Shown in pieces: positions 10,169 through 20,187 of a stretch of DNA of 64,000 bases (its first letter is position 1; every line of letters starts with the position of its first letter). Source of the stretch: Clostridia bacterium (GTDB taxonomy: Bacteria; Bacillota; Clostridia; Christensenellales; UBA1242). The stretch is taken from positions 119 to 64,118 of the forward strand of contig JAZSQZ010000101.1 in assembly GCA_045538175.1 (NCBI GenBank). Direction: 5' to 3'. The position numbers and the translations under genes are program-made. Under the pieces are notes generated by a model. The model saw only the letters and a program-made list of their open reading frames with translations, was not told the origin of the DNA and did not search any database.

Positions 10169-11156
10169 ACAATTAACCTTATGGGATACAGCGAGTTTGT
10201 GCAGTGACGATAAGTTTAAGTTTATAGACCTATTCTGTGGAATGGGTGGCTTCCGTATAGCCTTTGAACAAAATAATTGCGATTGCGTTTTTAGTTCAGA
10301 TATAGACCTTTTTGCACAAAAAACTTATGCTGCAAATTTTAATGAAGTACCTTTTGGCGATATAACGAAAATAGATGAAAAAGATATTCCAGATCACGAT
10401 ATAATTTGTGCTGGTTTTCCTTGTCAATCTTTCTCAATTGCAGGAAAGAGACTTGGATTCAATGATACCCGTGGCACATTATTCTTTGATGTTGCAAGAA
10501 TAATAAAAGAAAAAAAACCAAAAGCATTTATACTTGAAAATGTTAAGGGAATAACAAATCATGATAATGGAAATACCTTACAAACAATATTAAACACATT
10601 GTCTGACTTGGGATATGACTTTAAATACAAAGTATTAAATGCAAAAGATTACAATGTTCCACAACATAGAGAAAGGTGGTATTGCATTGGTTTTAGAAAA
10701 GATTTAAATATAAATATTGAAAATTTTTGTTTCCCAGAACCACAAGAGTTTACAAATAAACTTGAAAATTTAATAGATAGTTCTGCCGAAGATAATTATT
10801 ATATTTCTGACACCTGTGATAATAACATTAAAAAATATGTAAAAGAAAAATCTATCAATGTAAAAAATGATACTTTGGCTTATGAAGTTAGAGCTTCAAG
10901 ATGTCAATTTAAAAACGATGGAATTTCCCCTTGTTTAACTGCAAAAATGGGAACGGGTGGAAATAACGTTCCAATTGTTATTGAACAACAAAGAAGATTA
11001 ACTGAAAGAGAATGCTTAAAAATTATGGGTTATCCGGAAACATATAAAATAAATAAAGGTGCTCAAACATATAAGCAAATTGGTAATAGTGTTGTTGTTC
11101 CAATAATAACATTACTTGCTAATGAAATTGTTAGAATATTAAAAAAGGAAGATTAG
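10161..11156 (+). CDS. DNA (cytosine-5)-methyltransferase 2
   Basis: DLFCGMGG, GFPCQSFS, ENV, QHRER, YKQIGNSV; overlaps MTase 1 by 8 nt. Confidence 0.95.
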   Translation: MYKQLTLWDTASLCSDDKFKFIDLFCGMGGFRIAFEQNNCDCVFSSDIDLFAQKTYAANFNEVPFGDITKIDEKDIPDHDIICAGFPCQSFSIAGKRLGFNDTRGTLFFDVARIIKEKKPKAFILENVKGITNHDNGNTLQTILNTLSDLGYDFKYKVLNAKDYNVPQHRERWYCIGFRKDLNINIENFCFPEPQEFTNKLENLIDSSAEDNYYISDTCDNNIKKYVKEKSINVKNDTLAYEVRASRCQFKNDGISPCLTAKMGTGGNNVPIVIEQQRRLTERECLKIMGYPETYKINKGAQTYKQIGNSVVVPIITLLANEIVRILKKED

Positions 11157-11158
11157 TT

Positions 11159-11956
11159 TTAATCTTCCTTTTTTGGTTTTAATACAATTGTATAATCTCC
11201 ATGGCTTCTACCAGAACCTGTTGTTACTGTAAATGGTATATAAGTTAATTTCTCTAATTTTCCATGAGAGAATAAATACCACGCAGAATATGGCTCATCA
11301 TAAATTGGATAGCCATTAAAAATCTTTTTTTGCAATTCTAAAGAATTATCAATCATTTCTGTGATTTTATTATTACAGAAAGTTTTTATTTGTTGGCAAA
11401 TTTCTTTATTTGAAATTAAATCATTTGTGTCGTTTACACAATCAAAATAATTTTTCATATTTTCAAGTGTTGTGTTCCAACCAACAATGAGTTCTTTGTT
11501 CTTTATAAGTTCATTGTCTTTCATGCAAAACAAACTTGCACCAGCACCTAGCTCATAACTACCAAACAAAGAATTAAAACTATTTGGACCTGTTTTTAAT
11601 ATTTGATATTTATCTGAATCAGACATTTTTACGGAGATTCCAGATTTTTCAATGATTGTATAGTTAAGACCTTTAATGTTTTCTTCATTAAGGTAATAAT
11701 CGCTTTCTTGTAAAATAGTTGTTATTTGTTCATCTTTACAATAAATAGCATAACAATCTGAACGAGTCTTTGTAATTTTTCCACTTAATCTTGAAAATTG
11801 ATTAGTTGTTACTCTAACCACATATACATTGTCTAAATCATAATTAATATTACTTGTAAAAATAGAGAAATTTATATTTTGTTTATCTTTATTAAATGTT
11901 TTAACAAACTCTATTTCTTGAATATCTCCTTCAAAAGTTCCTCTATTAGTTGCCAT
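11159..11956 (-). CDS. Putative restriction endonuclease subunit (PD-(D/E)xK-like)
   Basis: GDIQEIEFV, RSDCYA, GISVK pattern; convergent with the two MTases. Confidence 0.55.
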   Translation of the reverse strand: MATNRGTFEGDIQEIEFVKTFNKDKQNINFSIFTSNINYDLDNVYVVRVTTNQFSRLSGKITKTRSDCYAIYCKDEQITTILQESDYYLNEENIKGLNYTIIEKSGISVKMSDSDKYQILKTGPNSFNSLFGSYELGAGASLFCMKDNELIKNKELIVGWNTTLENMKNYFDCVNDTNDLISNKEICQQIKTFCNNKITEMIDNSLELQKKIFNGYPIYDEPYSAWYLFSHGKLEKLTYIPFTVTTGSGRSHGDYTIVLKPKKED

Positions 11957-12725
11957 TATTATTTCTTCTCCTAGTTATAATGTTAATACAATTAGTCATT
12001 GATCCCCACTTAACTTGCATAACATGCCTTCTTTCTGGATGTGCAGCAGTTCTAAACTGGTCTCTTGTCCATGGTTGATATGTAAGCTCAGAAAATCTGA
12101 TACCAGACATTTCAGAAACATTAGCATTATCTATTAAATAATCAATAATTTCTTCACGATTGGCATAAATACCATTATCAACTGAACCATGGTAAACAGC
12201 ATCAACAACAATCGGATTTCTAAACACACCAGCAAAAAGAACCCTATAAATAATTTCAATTAAAGTGTCTGGAGAATTTAATTCTCTATTAACAGATTGT
12301 ATTTCTGAGTCGTATTTTAATTTTATATCAGTAGTTGAAAATCTTATTTCACCATTACCATCTAATGTGTCATCACCATAGTGATATAATTTAAGATAGT
12401 TAATAGTTCTTTCTGATATATTTATGTTTTCAAGAAAAGTGTAGAAAGTTTTAAATGGCTCTTGATGAACACTATTACCAGACCCTTCCTTAACACTAAC
12501 AAATTTTACATCAGTCCCAATTTTAATCCAAATATCTGGTTTTGGATTTTTACCTTCAATTTTTTGTGTTAAGTCAGATTGTATAAGTTCATGGTTTGAG
12601 ATTTGCCTATCGAATAGAAAACATAAAAAATCTTGCATATTTTCATTTAAATTAGAAAAGGTTTGATTGTTTAAATAATTTGAAATATGTTCTTCATTCG
12701 AAAAACCATGACGATTACTACTCAT
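11946..12725 (-). CDS. Putative restriction endonuclease subunit (MspI/HinP1I-like PD..SxK)
   Basis: GFSNEEHI, KPDIWI, VSVKEGSGNSVHQE, QVKW; overlaps the next gene by 11 nt. Confidence 0.6.
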   Translation of the reverse strand: MSSNRHGFSNEEHISNYLNNQTFSNLNENMQDFLCFLFDRQISNHELIQSDLTQKIEGKNPKPDIWIKIGTDVKFVSVKEGSGNSVHQEPFKTFYTFLENINISERTINYLKLYHYGDDTLDGNGEIRFSTTDIKLKYDSEIQSVNRELNSPDTLIEIIYRVLFAGVFRNPIVVDAVYHGSVDNGIYANREEIIDYLIDNANVSEMSGIRFSELTYQPWTRDQFRTAAHPERRHVMQVKWGSMTNCINIITRRRNNNGN

Positions 12726-12841
12726 AAAATAATTCTCCTACGGGTATTATAGCAAAATTATGAAATATTTACCAATATTTTTGAATAAAATAGCGAACAG
12801 ATAAAAAATAACATGATATAATAGTAAAAAGGAGAATTATT

Positions 12842-13228
12842 ATGATTGACGAAACAAAAGAATTAATTAAATTTTTAAATAATGTTAAGAGTAAACAAGA
12901 AGATAGCAATAAAATTGCAATGATTAACAATATAGCAAATTTTAGAGACGCTATGGACATGAAAAATGGTGAATCATATTTGTATGAAATTTTAAAAGAT
13001 AAAGAAATTGAAAAACATTTAAAGTATAGGCAACCACAGGGAAACTATAATGTGTTTGGACAACCAATAACCAAAAAAGAATCTTTTATTCAAGATTGCA
13101 ATGCCGTTATTGTTGCAATTTCTAAATCTATCTTAGAAGACAAAGTAAAAGATGAACTTAAAAAAAAATTAAGACCAAATTTTCAGAATTTAATTGAAAT
13201 TGTGGAATTTTATAAAAATATTTTATAA
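12842..13228 (+). CDS. Hypothetical protein
   Basis: 128-aa ORF with SD AGGAG. Confidence 0.6.
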   Translation: MIDETKELIKFLNNVKSKQEDSNKIAMINNIANFRDAMDMKNGESYLYEILKDKEIEKHLKYRQPQGNYNVFGQPITKKESFIQDCNAVIVAISKSILEDKVKDELKKKLRPNFQNLIEIVEFYKNIL

Positions 13229-13271
13229 AAATAAAAAATAAACGCAAATCAATATCGATTTACGTTTAAGT

Positions 13272-13359
13272 TGGCGGAGAGTTAGGGATTCGAACCCCAG
13301 GAAGCTTTCACTTCAACGGTTTTCAAGACCGCCGCTTTCGACCGCTCAGCCAACTCTCC
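13272..13359 (-). tRNA. tRNA-Ser(UGA)
   Basis: GGAGAGTTGGCTGAGCGG...CT-TGA-AA...long variable arm...GGTTCGAATCC...CCA. Confidence 0.97.
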
Positions 13360-13704
13360 ATTTATATTAAATTTACTCGTTTTTAACGGGTACTTGCATA
13401 TTATAGTAAAGTTTTATAAAAAAATCAAGTTTATTTTTAATATTTTTTTAATTTTGTTTTATTTTTTATAGGAAGATTATTTTTGTATGGCTGTGATTGT
13501 TGGCGCTGGTGGACATTTTATGTTTATAATGGTGATTTGGTGTGCATGAACTGATGATTTTAATTATAATTTAAAGTGTTAAATTTTATAGATACTAGTT
13601 GGGGCAAAGCAAAAAATATTTTTGGCGTAAGGTGTTTTTATCTGTTTTCTGATAAAAACGCAAAAAGGGAGACAAAAAAAGAAGCGGGAGCTTCTTTTTA
13701 TTTT

Positions 13705-14523
13705 TTATAGTTTTGTGCCGAAGTCATTTTTTTCTTCTTCGGGGTGTGGGGTGAAGTTTTTAGGTGTTCGGTGTGGGTTTTTAAGAAGATAGAAACAACC
13801 CACGGCCATTTGATACACAAACAAGCCCATAAGGACGGCAAAATAAACCCAAGAAGGAAGGAAAGGAGTTGATACAGACAAAGTTATAAACATTGTGAGT
13901 ATTCCTTTAGTGACGTGAATAAGGGTTGGAAGTAGGACAGATTTTGTGTAAAGGTGGGAGGCTGTAAGAAACACACCAAAAGAAAAATAGTAAAGGGCTA
14001 AGAAAACAGTTTCTGCAACATCTTGTGGTGCTGGGAATATTTCGAGCAAAATAGTAAGAGCGAAGATAAAGTTTACATACATAACGTGTGAGATAGAGTA
14101 GAATCTATCGGTTTGTTTGAAAAGAGCAAAAGCAAGACCACGATATAAATATTCTTCGCATAAGGCAAGCAAGATTATGTCGAGATATTCGATAGCGTGA
14201 ATATGTAGTGGTGTGCCAAAATCAAAATGCCCGATTTTAACAATGGAAAGTATAACGATGATTATTATACTGTGAATTGAAAAGATATTTAAGAAAGTGT
14301 GTTTGTTTTTATGTCTATGATGTTCAAAGCCGATTAGTTTTAAAATTCCAAGGCAACAAATAAAAAATACTAATTGCCATATTAAAGACAAGAACATAAT
14401 GTTGTTATCCTTAACAAAAGGGATAAGGCCATCTAGAACTGAAAACCCTATGGAACCTATAGAGAATAAGAAAGCAAGAAAGATAAAAGTTGTCGTTGGA
14501 TGTTTTAGTATTATCCTTTTCAT
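13705..14523 (-). CDS. CPBP (CAAX/Abi) family intramembrane protease
   Basis: Multiple TM helices, EEYLYRG motif, late H in PTLIH; the FxxxH motif appears degenerate. Confidence 0.7.
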   Translation of the reverse strand: MKRIILKHPTTTFIFLAFLFSIGSIGFSVLDGLIPFVKDNNIMFLSLIWQLVFFICCLGILKLIGFEHHRHKNKHTFLNIFSIHSIIIIVILSIVKIGHFDFGTPLHIHAIEYLDIILLALCEEYLYRGLAFALFKQTDRFYSISHVMYVNFIFALTILLEIFPAPQDVAETVFLALYYFSFGVFLTASHLYTKSVLLPTLIHVTKGILTMFITLSVSTPFLPSWVYFAVLMGLFVYQMAVGCFYLLKNPHRTPKNFTPHPEEEKNDFGTKL

Positions 14524-14531
14524 TGATACTC

Positions 14532-14933
14532 CTAATTATTGTACAACTCGTTGTATAGTTTTTTAACGGTGTTTATGTCTTTTTGAATTTGATTTATGGT
14601 TGTTTTTTCAAGAGTGCCTGCTTGGGTTTCGTCATTAAAAGACAAAAGAATACCGATATTGTATTGAAGATTTGTTAATGCTTTTGCAAGTTCTAGGGTC
14701 GAAGGCAATTCGTAACTTGAAACATCTAAAACATTAGATGTTTCGAATTTCTCTTCATACTCTAAGAAGGTGTCTTTTGTTAAAAAGCCGACAAGGTCTT
14801 GGGCTTCTTTAGTATATTTTTGACACTCTGCAATTTCGCCGTTGTTTATAGCGATTTCGCTTGATAATAAAAGTTTGCAAGCGTGAGCAGAGGTTTGAAG
14901 TAGTTCGTTTAATGTATCACATTTTTCGCACAT
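14532..14933 (-). CDS. Hypothetical protein
   Basis: 133-aa ORF with SD AAGGA. Confidence 0.6.
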   Translation of the reverse strand: MCEKCDTLNELLQTSAHACKLLLSSEIAINNGEIAECQKYTKEAQDLVGFLTKDTFLEYEEKFETSNVLDVSSYELPSTLELAKALTNLQYNIGILLSFNDETQAGTLEKTTINQIQKDINTVKKLYNELYNN

Positions 14934-15075
14934 AATTTTTGTTTCCTTTTATATATAAATTTTAAGTGATATTTAAAACTTAGTCAAACAATTAAAAAGA
15001 TTTTGCACTTTAGTCAAAATATACAAATAAAAAAGGGGTATTGAAAGAGAAGATTTTTCGTGCTAAACTAGACAT

Positions 15076-15570
15076 ATGAAAGGATTTAGTGTAAAAGACG
15101 ACAAGAAAATACAACTAATGCTAGAAGGCGAAGAAAAAATGGTTATAACAGCGTTTGATGATAGGGACCTTCATCAAATAGGCTATCTAAACTTTAGGCT
15201 AGAAGGAAAGGGCAGAGCATATTTAAGTTCGATTAAAGTGACCGATATTGAGTTTTTAAGAACAGGTGTTGGTTCGGTTATGCTTGGTTGTTTTGAAAGC
15301 GTATGTAAACAAAAACATGTAAGATATGTTGACGGAAGATTTTATCCAAACGGAGATGGTGGAATTTTTGCAAGAGAGTTTTATGAAGAACACGGATACA
15401 GCATTTATCGTGATGGATATGAGCAATATATTTCAAAAGACTTAGAACACACACCGGTGGATACAAGGTTTGTTATAGAGCAAGAAGAAAGCGAAACCGT
15501 AAGTGATAATTTTGAAAACATTTTTACACCTATAATTGATTTAAAAGAAGATATAGCGCAAGCACAATAA
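15076..15570 (+). CDS. GNAT-fold acetyltransferase-like protein with acidic tail
   Basis: FLRTGVGSVML motif A, FYEEHGY motif B; acidic C-terminal extension. Confidence 0.7.
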   Translation: MKGFSVKDDKKIQLMLEGEEKMVITAFDDRDLHQIGYLNFRLEGKGRAYLSSIKVTDIEFLRTGVGSVMLGCFESVCKQKHVRYVDGRFYPNGDGGIFAREFYEEHGYSIYRDGYEQYISKDLEHTPVDTRFVIEQEESETVSDNFENIFTPIIDLKEDIAQAQ

Positions 15571-15673
15571 GGAGCAATATAAAGTTGCTCTTTTTTATTT
15601 GTTTTATATAAAAATTAGTAATACAAATTCAAAAAAGTATGCTATACTAAAAAAGTACTTTTTAAGGAGTAGT

Positions 15674-16393
15674 ATGTTAGAATTAAGAAATGTATCTTTT
15701 GTTTCTACACAAGGAAAAGAGACAAAAGAAATTATAAGTGATATAAGTTTAAAACTTGATGAAAGATTTGTTGTAATCACTGGCCCTAATGGTGGTGGTA
15801 AATCAACCCTTACAAAACTTATTATGGGTCTTTATAAACCTACAAGTGGACAAATTCTTTTTAATGGCCAAGATATTACAAATATGTCAATAACAGAAAG
15901 GGCAAAACTAGGAATAGGTTATGCCTTTCAACAACCTGTAAAGTTTAAGGGTTTGACTGTTGGCGACCTTATCAAAATTGCAAGTGGCAAGGAATTGTCA
16001 GCATATGAGTGTTGCTCTTATCTTAGCGAAGTTGGACTTTGTGCAAGAGAATATGTCGATAGAGAAATCAACGCAAGTTTGTCAGGTGGCGAATTAAAGA
16101 GAATCGAAATTGCAATCTCACTTGCAAGGGGAAGCAAACTTTCTATTTTTGACGAACCAGAAGCAGGTATCGACCTTTGGAGTTTTAATAATCTTATCGC
16201 AGTTTTTGAAAAGATGTACAAAAAAACAAACGGTACAATTTTGATTATTTCTCACCAAGAAAGAATTTTAAATATTGCAGATAGAATTATAGTCTTAGAA
16301 AAGGGCAAAGTAAAATTTGATGGCGACAAAGAGAAAGTTATGCCAGAACTTTTTACAATCTCAACTTGTAAGGCTTTAGAAGATAAGGTTTAG
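15674..16393 (+). CDS. sufC: Fe-S assembly ABC ATPase SufC-like
   Basis: GPNGGGKS, AFQQP, LSGGE, DEPEAGID; adjacent to a SufB/D gene; SD AAGGAG. Confidence 0.85.
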   Translation: MLELRNVSFVSTQGKETKEIISDISLKLDERFVVITGPNGGGKSTLTKLIMGLYKPTSGQILFNGQDITNMSITERAKLGIGYAFQQPVKFKGLTVGDLIKIASGKELSAYECCSYLSEVGLCAREYVDREINASLSGGELKRIEIAISLARGSKLSIFDEPEAGIDLWSFNNLIAVFEKMYKKTNGTILIISHQERILNIADRIIVLEKGKVKFDGDKEKVMPELFTISTCKALEDKV

Positions 16394-16403
16394 GGGGTTT
16401 AGG

Positions 16404-17327
16404 ATGAAATTAGATGAAATGCAAAAGAACCTTCTAAAAGAAATTGCAGGGTTTGAAAAAATCCCAGAAGGTGCTTTTAATATTAGAAACAATGGCGAGT
16501 TGCTTTCAAGAAACAGCACAGCCGATATTGAAATCGAAACAAAAAAAGATAAGCCTGGTATCAATATTTATATTAAGGCAGATACAAAAAATCAAAGAGT
16601 TGATATTCCTGTTATTGTTTCAAAAGCAGGCATTGTCGATATAACATATAATGAATTTTTTGTAGGCGACAATGCAGATGTTTTGATTGTTGCTGGCTGT
16701 GGTATTCACAATGCTGGTCACGATAAAGCCGAGCACGACGGAATTCACACTTTCCATATCGGCAAAAACGCAAGGGTTAAGTATGTAGAAAAACACTATG
16801 GCGAAGGCGATGGTGTGGGGGAGAGAGTTTTAAACCCAACAACGGTTATCGAAATTGACGAAGGTGGCTATCTAGAGATGGATTCGTCTCAAATCAAAGG
16901 TGTTGACTCAACTGACAGAAAAACTACTGCAACACTAAAGGACAGGGCAATTCTTATCGTAAACGAAAAGATTTATACCCACGGAAAACAAGTTGCAAAA
17001 ACAGACTTTGTTATAAACCTTGATGGTAAAGATTGTGGCACACACGTTACATCAAGGTCAGTTGCAAGGGACGAGTCAAGACAAGTGTTTACATCTCAAA
17101 TGAACGGCAACAACAAATGCAGTGGACATACAGAGTGCGATGCAATCTTGATGGATAAAGCAAATGTTGAAGCAATTCCAAAAATCAGGGCAAACGATAT
17201 TGATGCAAAACTTATTCACGAAGCTGCAATCGGCAAAATTGCAGGCGAGCAATTAGATAAACTTATGACATTAGGTTTAACCGAAAAAGAAGCTGAAGAA
17301 AAAATCATAAACGGCTTTTTAAGATAA
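16404..17327 (+). CDS. sufB: SufB/SufD family Fe-S scaffold
   Basis: GHTECDAI, HEAAIGKIAGEQLDKLMTLGL. Confidence 0.85.
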   Translation: MKLDEMQKNLLKEIAGFEKIPEGAFNIRNNGELLSRNSTADIEIETKKDKPGINIYIKADTKNQRVDIPVIVSKAGIVDITYNEFFVGDNADVLIVAGCGIHNAGHDKAEHDGIHTFHIGKNARVKYVEKHYGEGDGVGERVLNPTTVIEIDEGGYLEMDSSQIKGVDSTDRKTTATLKDRAILIVNEKIYTHGKQVAKTDFVINLDGKDCGTHVTSRSVARDESRQVFTSQMNGNNKCSGHTECDAILMDKANVEAIPKIRANDIDAKLIHEAAIGKIAGEQLDKLMTLGLTEKEAEEKIINGFLR

Positions 17328-17404
17328 TAAAAATTAGGCTAAGGCCTAATTTTTTTATTTGATATTTGTTTAAATAAAAAATTTAAGTATGTTATAATAA
17401 AAAT

Positions 17405-17938
17405 ATGAAAGTACTAATCGCAACAAAAAATCAAGGTAAAATCGAAGGTGCAACAAGGGCCTTAAACAAGTTTTTTGACGATGTTGAAGTAGTGGGTATC
17501 CCTACTGATTCTAATGTCCCGGACCAACCTGTAGACAAGGAAATTTATTTGGGCGCAAAAAATAGGGTTAAAAACTTGAAAGAATACGCAAAAGCAAATA
17601 ACATAAAGGCCGACTTCTATTTTGCAATAGAAAGTGGAATTACAAACCTGCTTGGCAGTTGGGTTATAACAAATATTGCAGTTGTTGAAGATAACACAAA
17701 CACCCAAAGCGTTGGCACAAGTCCGTCTTTCCCTGTGCCTGAAAGACTTGTTGGAGACGTAATAAAAAAAGACTTAAGTCAAGTTATGAACGATGTTTTT
17801 TCAAAGGACGACGAAAGGCACAATCACGGTGGTGGCATACAACTTTTAACACACAATAATCTTTCAAGAATCGACCTTACAGAGTATGCTTTTATAATGG
17901 CGCTTACAACTTTTGTAAACGAAGATAAATGGAAATAA
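17405..17938 (+). CDS. yjjX: Inosine/xanthosine triphosphatase (DUF84)
   Basis: ATKNQGK, SNVPDQP, GAKNR, AIESGI, GGIQLLT, SR. Confidence 0.85.
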   Translation: MKVLIATKNQGKIEGATRALNKFFDDVEVVGIPTDSNVPDQPVDKEIYLGAKNRVKNLKEYAKANNIKADFYFAIESGITNLLGSWVITNIAVVEDNTNTQSVGTSPSFPVPERLVGDVIKKDLSQVMNDVFSKDDERHNHGGGIQLLTHNNLSRIDLTEYAFIMALTTFVNEDKWK

Positions 17939-18019
17939 AAACACGAAGAAATTTTCGTGTTTTTTGTTTGTGTTTAAAAATAAATTTGCTATACTAAAAA
18001 AGTAAAAGGAGAAAAGATT

Positions 18020-18829
18020 ATGTTAGAAGCAATTATTACAATTATCGCTGTAGTTTTATTTGTTTTGCTCATTTCTATTCGTCAAATTTCAGAATATGAA
18101 AGGGGTGTTAAATTTGTTTTAGGAAAATTCAAAAAAGTGTTGGCCCCTGGTTGGCACATTGTTATTCCTATTTTCCAAAGTTATCAAAAAACTGACGTTA
18201 GAGTTCAAGTTGTTGACGTTCCTGAACAAGACGCAATCACAAAAGATAACGTCACAATCAAAATCAACGCTGTACTTTACTTCTACATTTTTGACGCAAA
18301 GAAATCATTGCTTTCTGTTCAAAATTGTAGCTATGCTGTAACTCAACTTGCACAAACAACAATGAGAAATCTTGTCGGTAGTGTAACTTTAGACGAACTC
18401 TTAACAGACAGAGAAAGAATTTCAAACGAAATTTGTTTAATTGTTGATAAAGCAACTGATGATTGGGGTGTAAAAATTCAAAACGTTGAACTCAAAGACA
18501 TTGCACTTCCAACAGAAATGCAAAGGGTTATTGCAAAAGTCGCTGAAGCAGAAAGAGAAAAAGCAGCTGTCATCACAAAAGCAAGTGGTGAACTCGAAGC
18601 TTCAAAAAACCTTTCACTTGCAGCACAACAATTGTCAAACTCACCAGGTGCACTTCACCTTAGAACATTGTCAACAATCAACGACGTTTCTTCAGACCAA
18701 TCAAATACAATTATCTTTGCAATTCCAATCGAAGTTTTAAATGCTTTCGGTGGTAATAATACAATAAAAGCAGTTGAAGCTGTAAAAGATTTGAAGAAGA
18801 AAACAACAAAAGCAAAACCAAAGAAGTAA
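18020..18829 (+). CDS. SPFH/band 7 (stomatin-like) protein
   Basis: N-terminal TM, ITKDNV, AQTTMR, WGVKI, AEAERE. Confidence 0.92.
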   Translation: MLEAIITIIAVVLFVLLISIRQISEYERGVKFVLGKFKKVLAPGWHIVIPIFQSYQKTDVRVQVVDVPEQDAITKDNVTIKINAVLYFYIFDAKKSLLSVQNCSYAVTQLAQTTMRNLVGSVTLDELLTDRERISNEICLIVDKATDDWGVKIQNVELKDIALPTEMQRVIAKVAEAEREKAAVITKASGELEASKNLSLAAQQLSNSPGALHLRTLSTINDVSSDQSNTIIFAIPIEVLNAFGGNNTIKAVEAVKDLKKKTTKAKPKK

Positions 18830-18988
18830 TAAAAAACATACAGTTTAAGGTTTCTAAATTTTGAAACTAGTGAAAAACAAGAGATTTTATTATTTGGTTC
18901 CAATTTTTTTGATTATTTTACGACACAAAAATTTTGTATGTTAAAAATTTATAATATAACGATAAAACACGAGTGAAGAAGGTTGTCT

Positions 18989-19498
18989 ATGAATATAATA
19001 AAAAACAATTTTGGCACCATAATGATTGAACAGTATGGCAATAAATATATTAGATATGATGCAGGGCAAATTAGTGATTGCATTCTTCAAGTTAAAATAA
19101 CCGAAGAAGAGTATGAAAGAGTTTTAAATGATGAAATCACTATGGAAAGCGTTGTGAATTGGTATAGCAATCGTGGTTTATGTTCTGAAGATAAACTTAG
19201 AAATGATTTGATAGCAGATTATTTGTCTTCAACCGGAAAGTACTCAGAAAAAAGACAAACTGAAATAATTGAAAAACTAAATAAATATAGAGATTTGTTT
19301 TTTGAGTTTTATGACTATATTCTTGATGAACAATTTGTTAAAGATGATGTTGCTATAAAGATTGAAGGGTTTACAGCTAAATCTTTGGCTACCAAATATC
19401 CACTTTCACCTTTGGGTGCATATAATTATTTAATATATTTGCGCGAAACGCCCCAAAAAGCATTGGCAGACCTTGGGGCAGGCTTGAAAAGAAAATAA
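18989..19498 (+). CDS. Hypothetical protein
   Basis: Intact ORF with its own terminator. Confidence 0.6.
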   Translation: MNIIKNNFGTIMIEQYGNKYIRYDAGQISDCILQVKITEEEYERVLNDEITMESVVNWYSNRGLCSEDKLRNDLIADYLSSTGKYSEKRQTEIIEKLNKYRDLFFEFYDYILDEQFVKDDVAIKIEGFTAKSLATKYPLSPLGAYNYLIYLRETPQKALADLGAGLKRK

Positions 19499-19577
19499 AC
19501 AATAAAAAAAAGTTAAGATTTTTATTTCTTAACTTTTTTTATTATAACAGTTTTAAAATTTTGCGACTAAGGTGTGC

Positions 19578-20168
19578 TTAATTATTGTTTAGCCCTTCGT
19601 CTGTTGTGTTGTTGTCTGTGTTTGTGTTGTCTTGATTAGCATCTGCTGTGTTGTTTTCAGCATATGTTTCGTTTTCTTTTTCGTTAAGTGTTGCAGGTTC
19701 GTTTTCTAACTTCTTGTTAAAAACAAGTGTTGCAAGATTTAGGACTGCTGCAATAAGTGAAACAATACCACAAATAATTGCACCCCAGCCAAGACCTAAA
19801 ACATCAGTTTCACCGATAAACATATTTCCTAAACTTTTTGCATATACAGGAAGAAGGAATGTTAAAAGTGCTGTGATAAAGAAAAGAATAAAAGTAACTA
19901 AGTTTACAACTTTGTTTTGATATTTTGCAAGTGTTAAAAGTGCTGTAACAAGAAGTAAAACAAGGTTGATAACAAGAAGGATATTCATACCCATTTTAAC
20001 AATGTTGTCGCCATAACCTAGGCAAACTTCAAGTCCGGTATAAAAACCTTGGCTTCCACTTTCTTTAGTGATTGAAAGGAAAGGGAAGAAGAAGCAAGCA
20101 ATACAAACAATTCCAAGTGTTGCTGCGATAAATGATAACATTTGTGTAAGTCTTTTTTTGTTGTCCAT
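19578..20168 (-). CDS. Four-TM membrane protein
   Basis: Hydrophobic helices, N/D/T-rich tail, SD GGAG. Confidence 0.7.
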   Translation of the reverse strand: MDNKKRLTQMLSFIAATLGIVCIACFFFPFLSITKESGSQGFYTGLEVCLGYGDNIVKMGMNILLVINLVLLLVTALLTLAKYQNKVVNLVTFILFFITALLTFLLPVYAKSLGNMFIGETDVLGLGWGAIICGIVSLIAAVLNLATLVFNKKLENEPATLNEKENETYAENNTADANQDNTNTDNNTTDEGLNNN

Positions 20169-20187
20169 AGTAAACTCCTAAAATAAA

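Noticed and set aside
15674-17327. Two-gene sufCB without sufS/sufU as a novelty
   Set aside because: Minimal SufCB-type (SMS) systems are established in anaerobes
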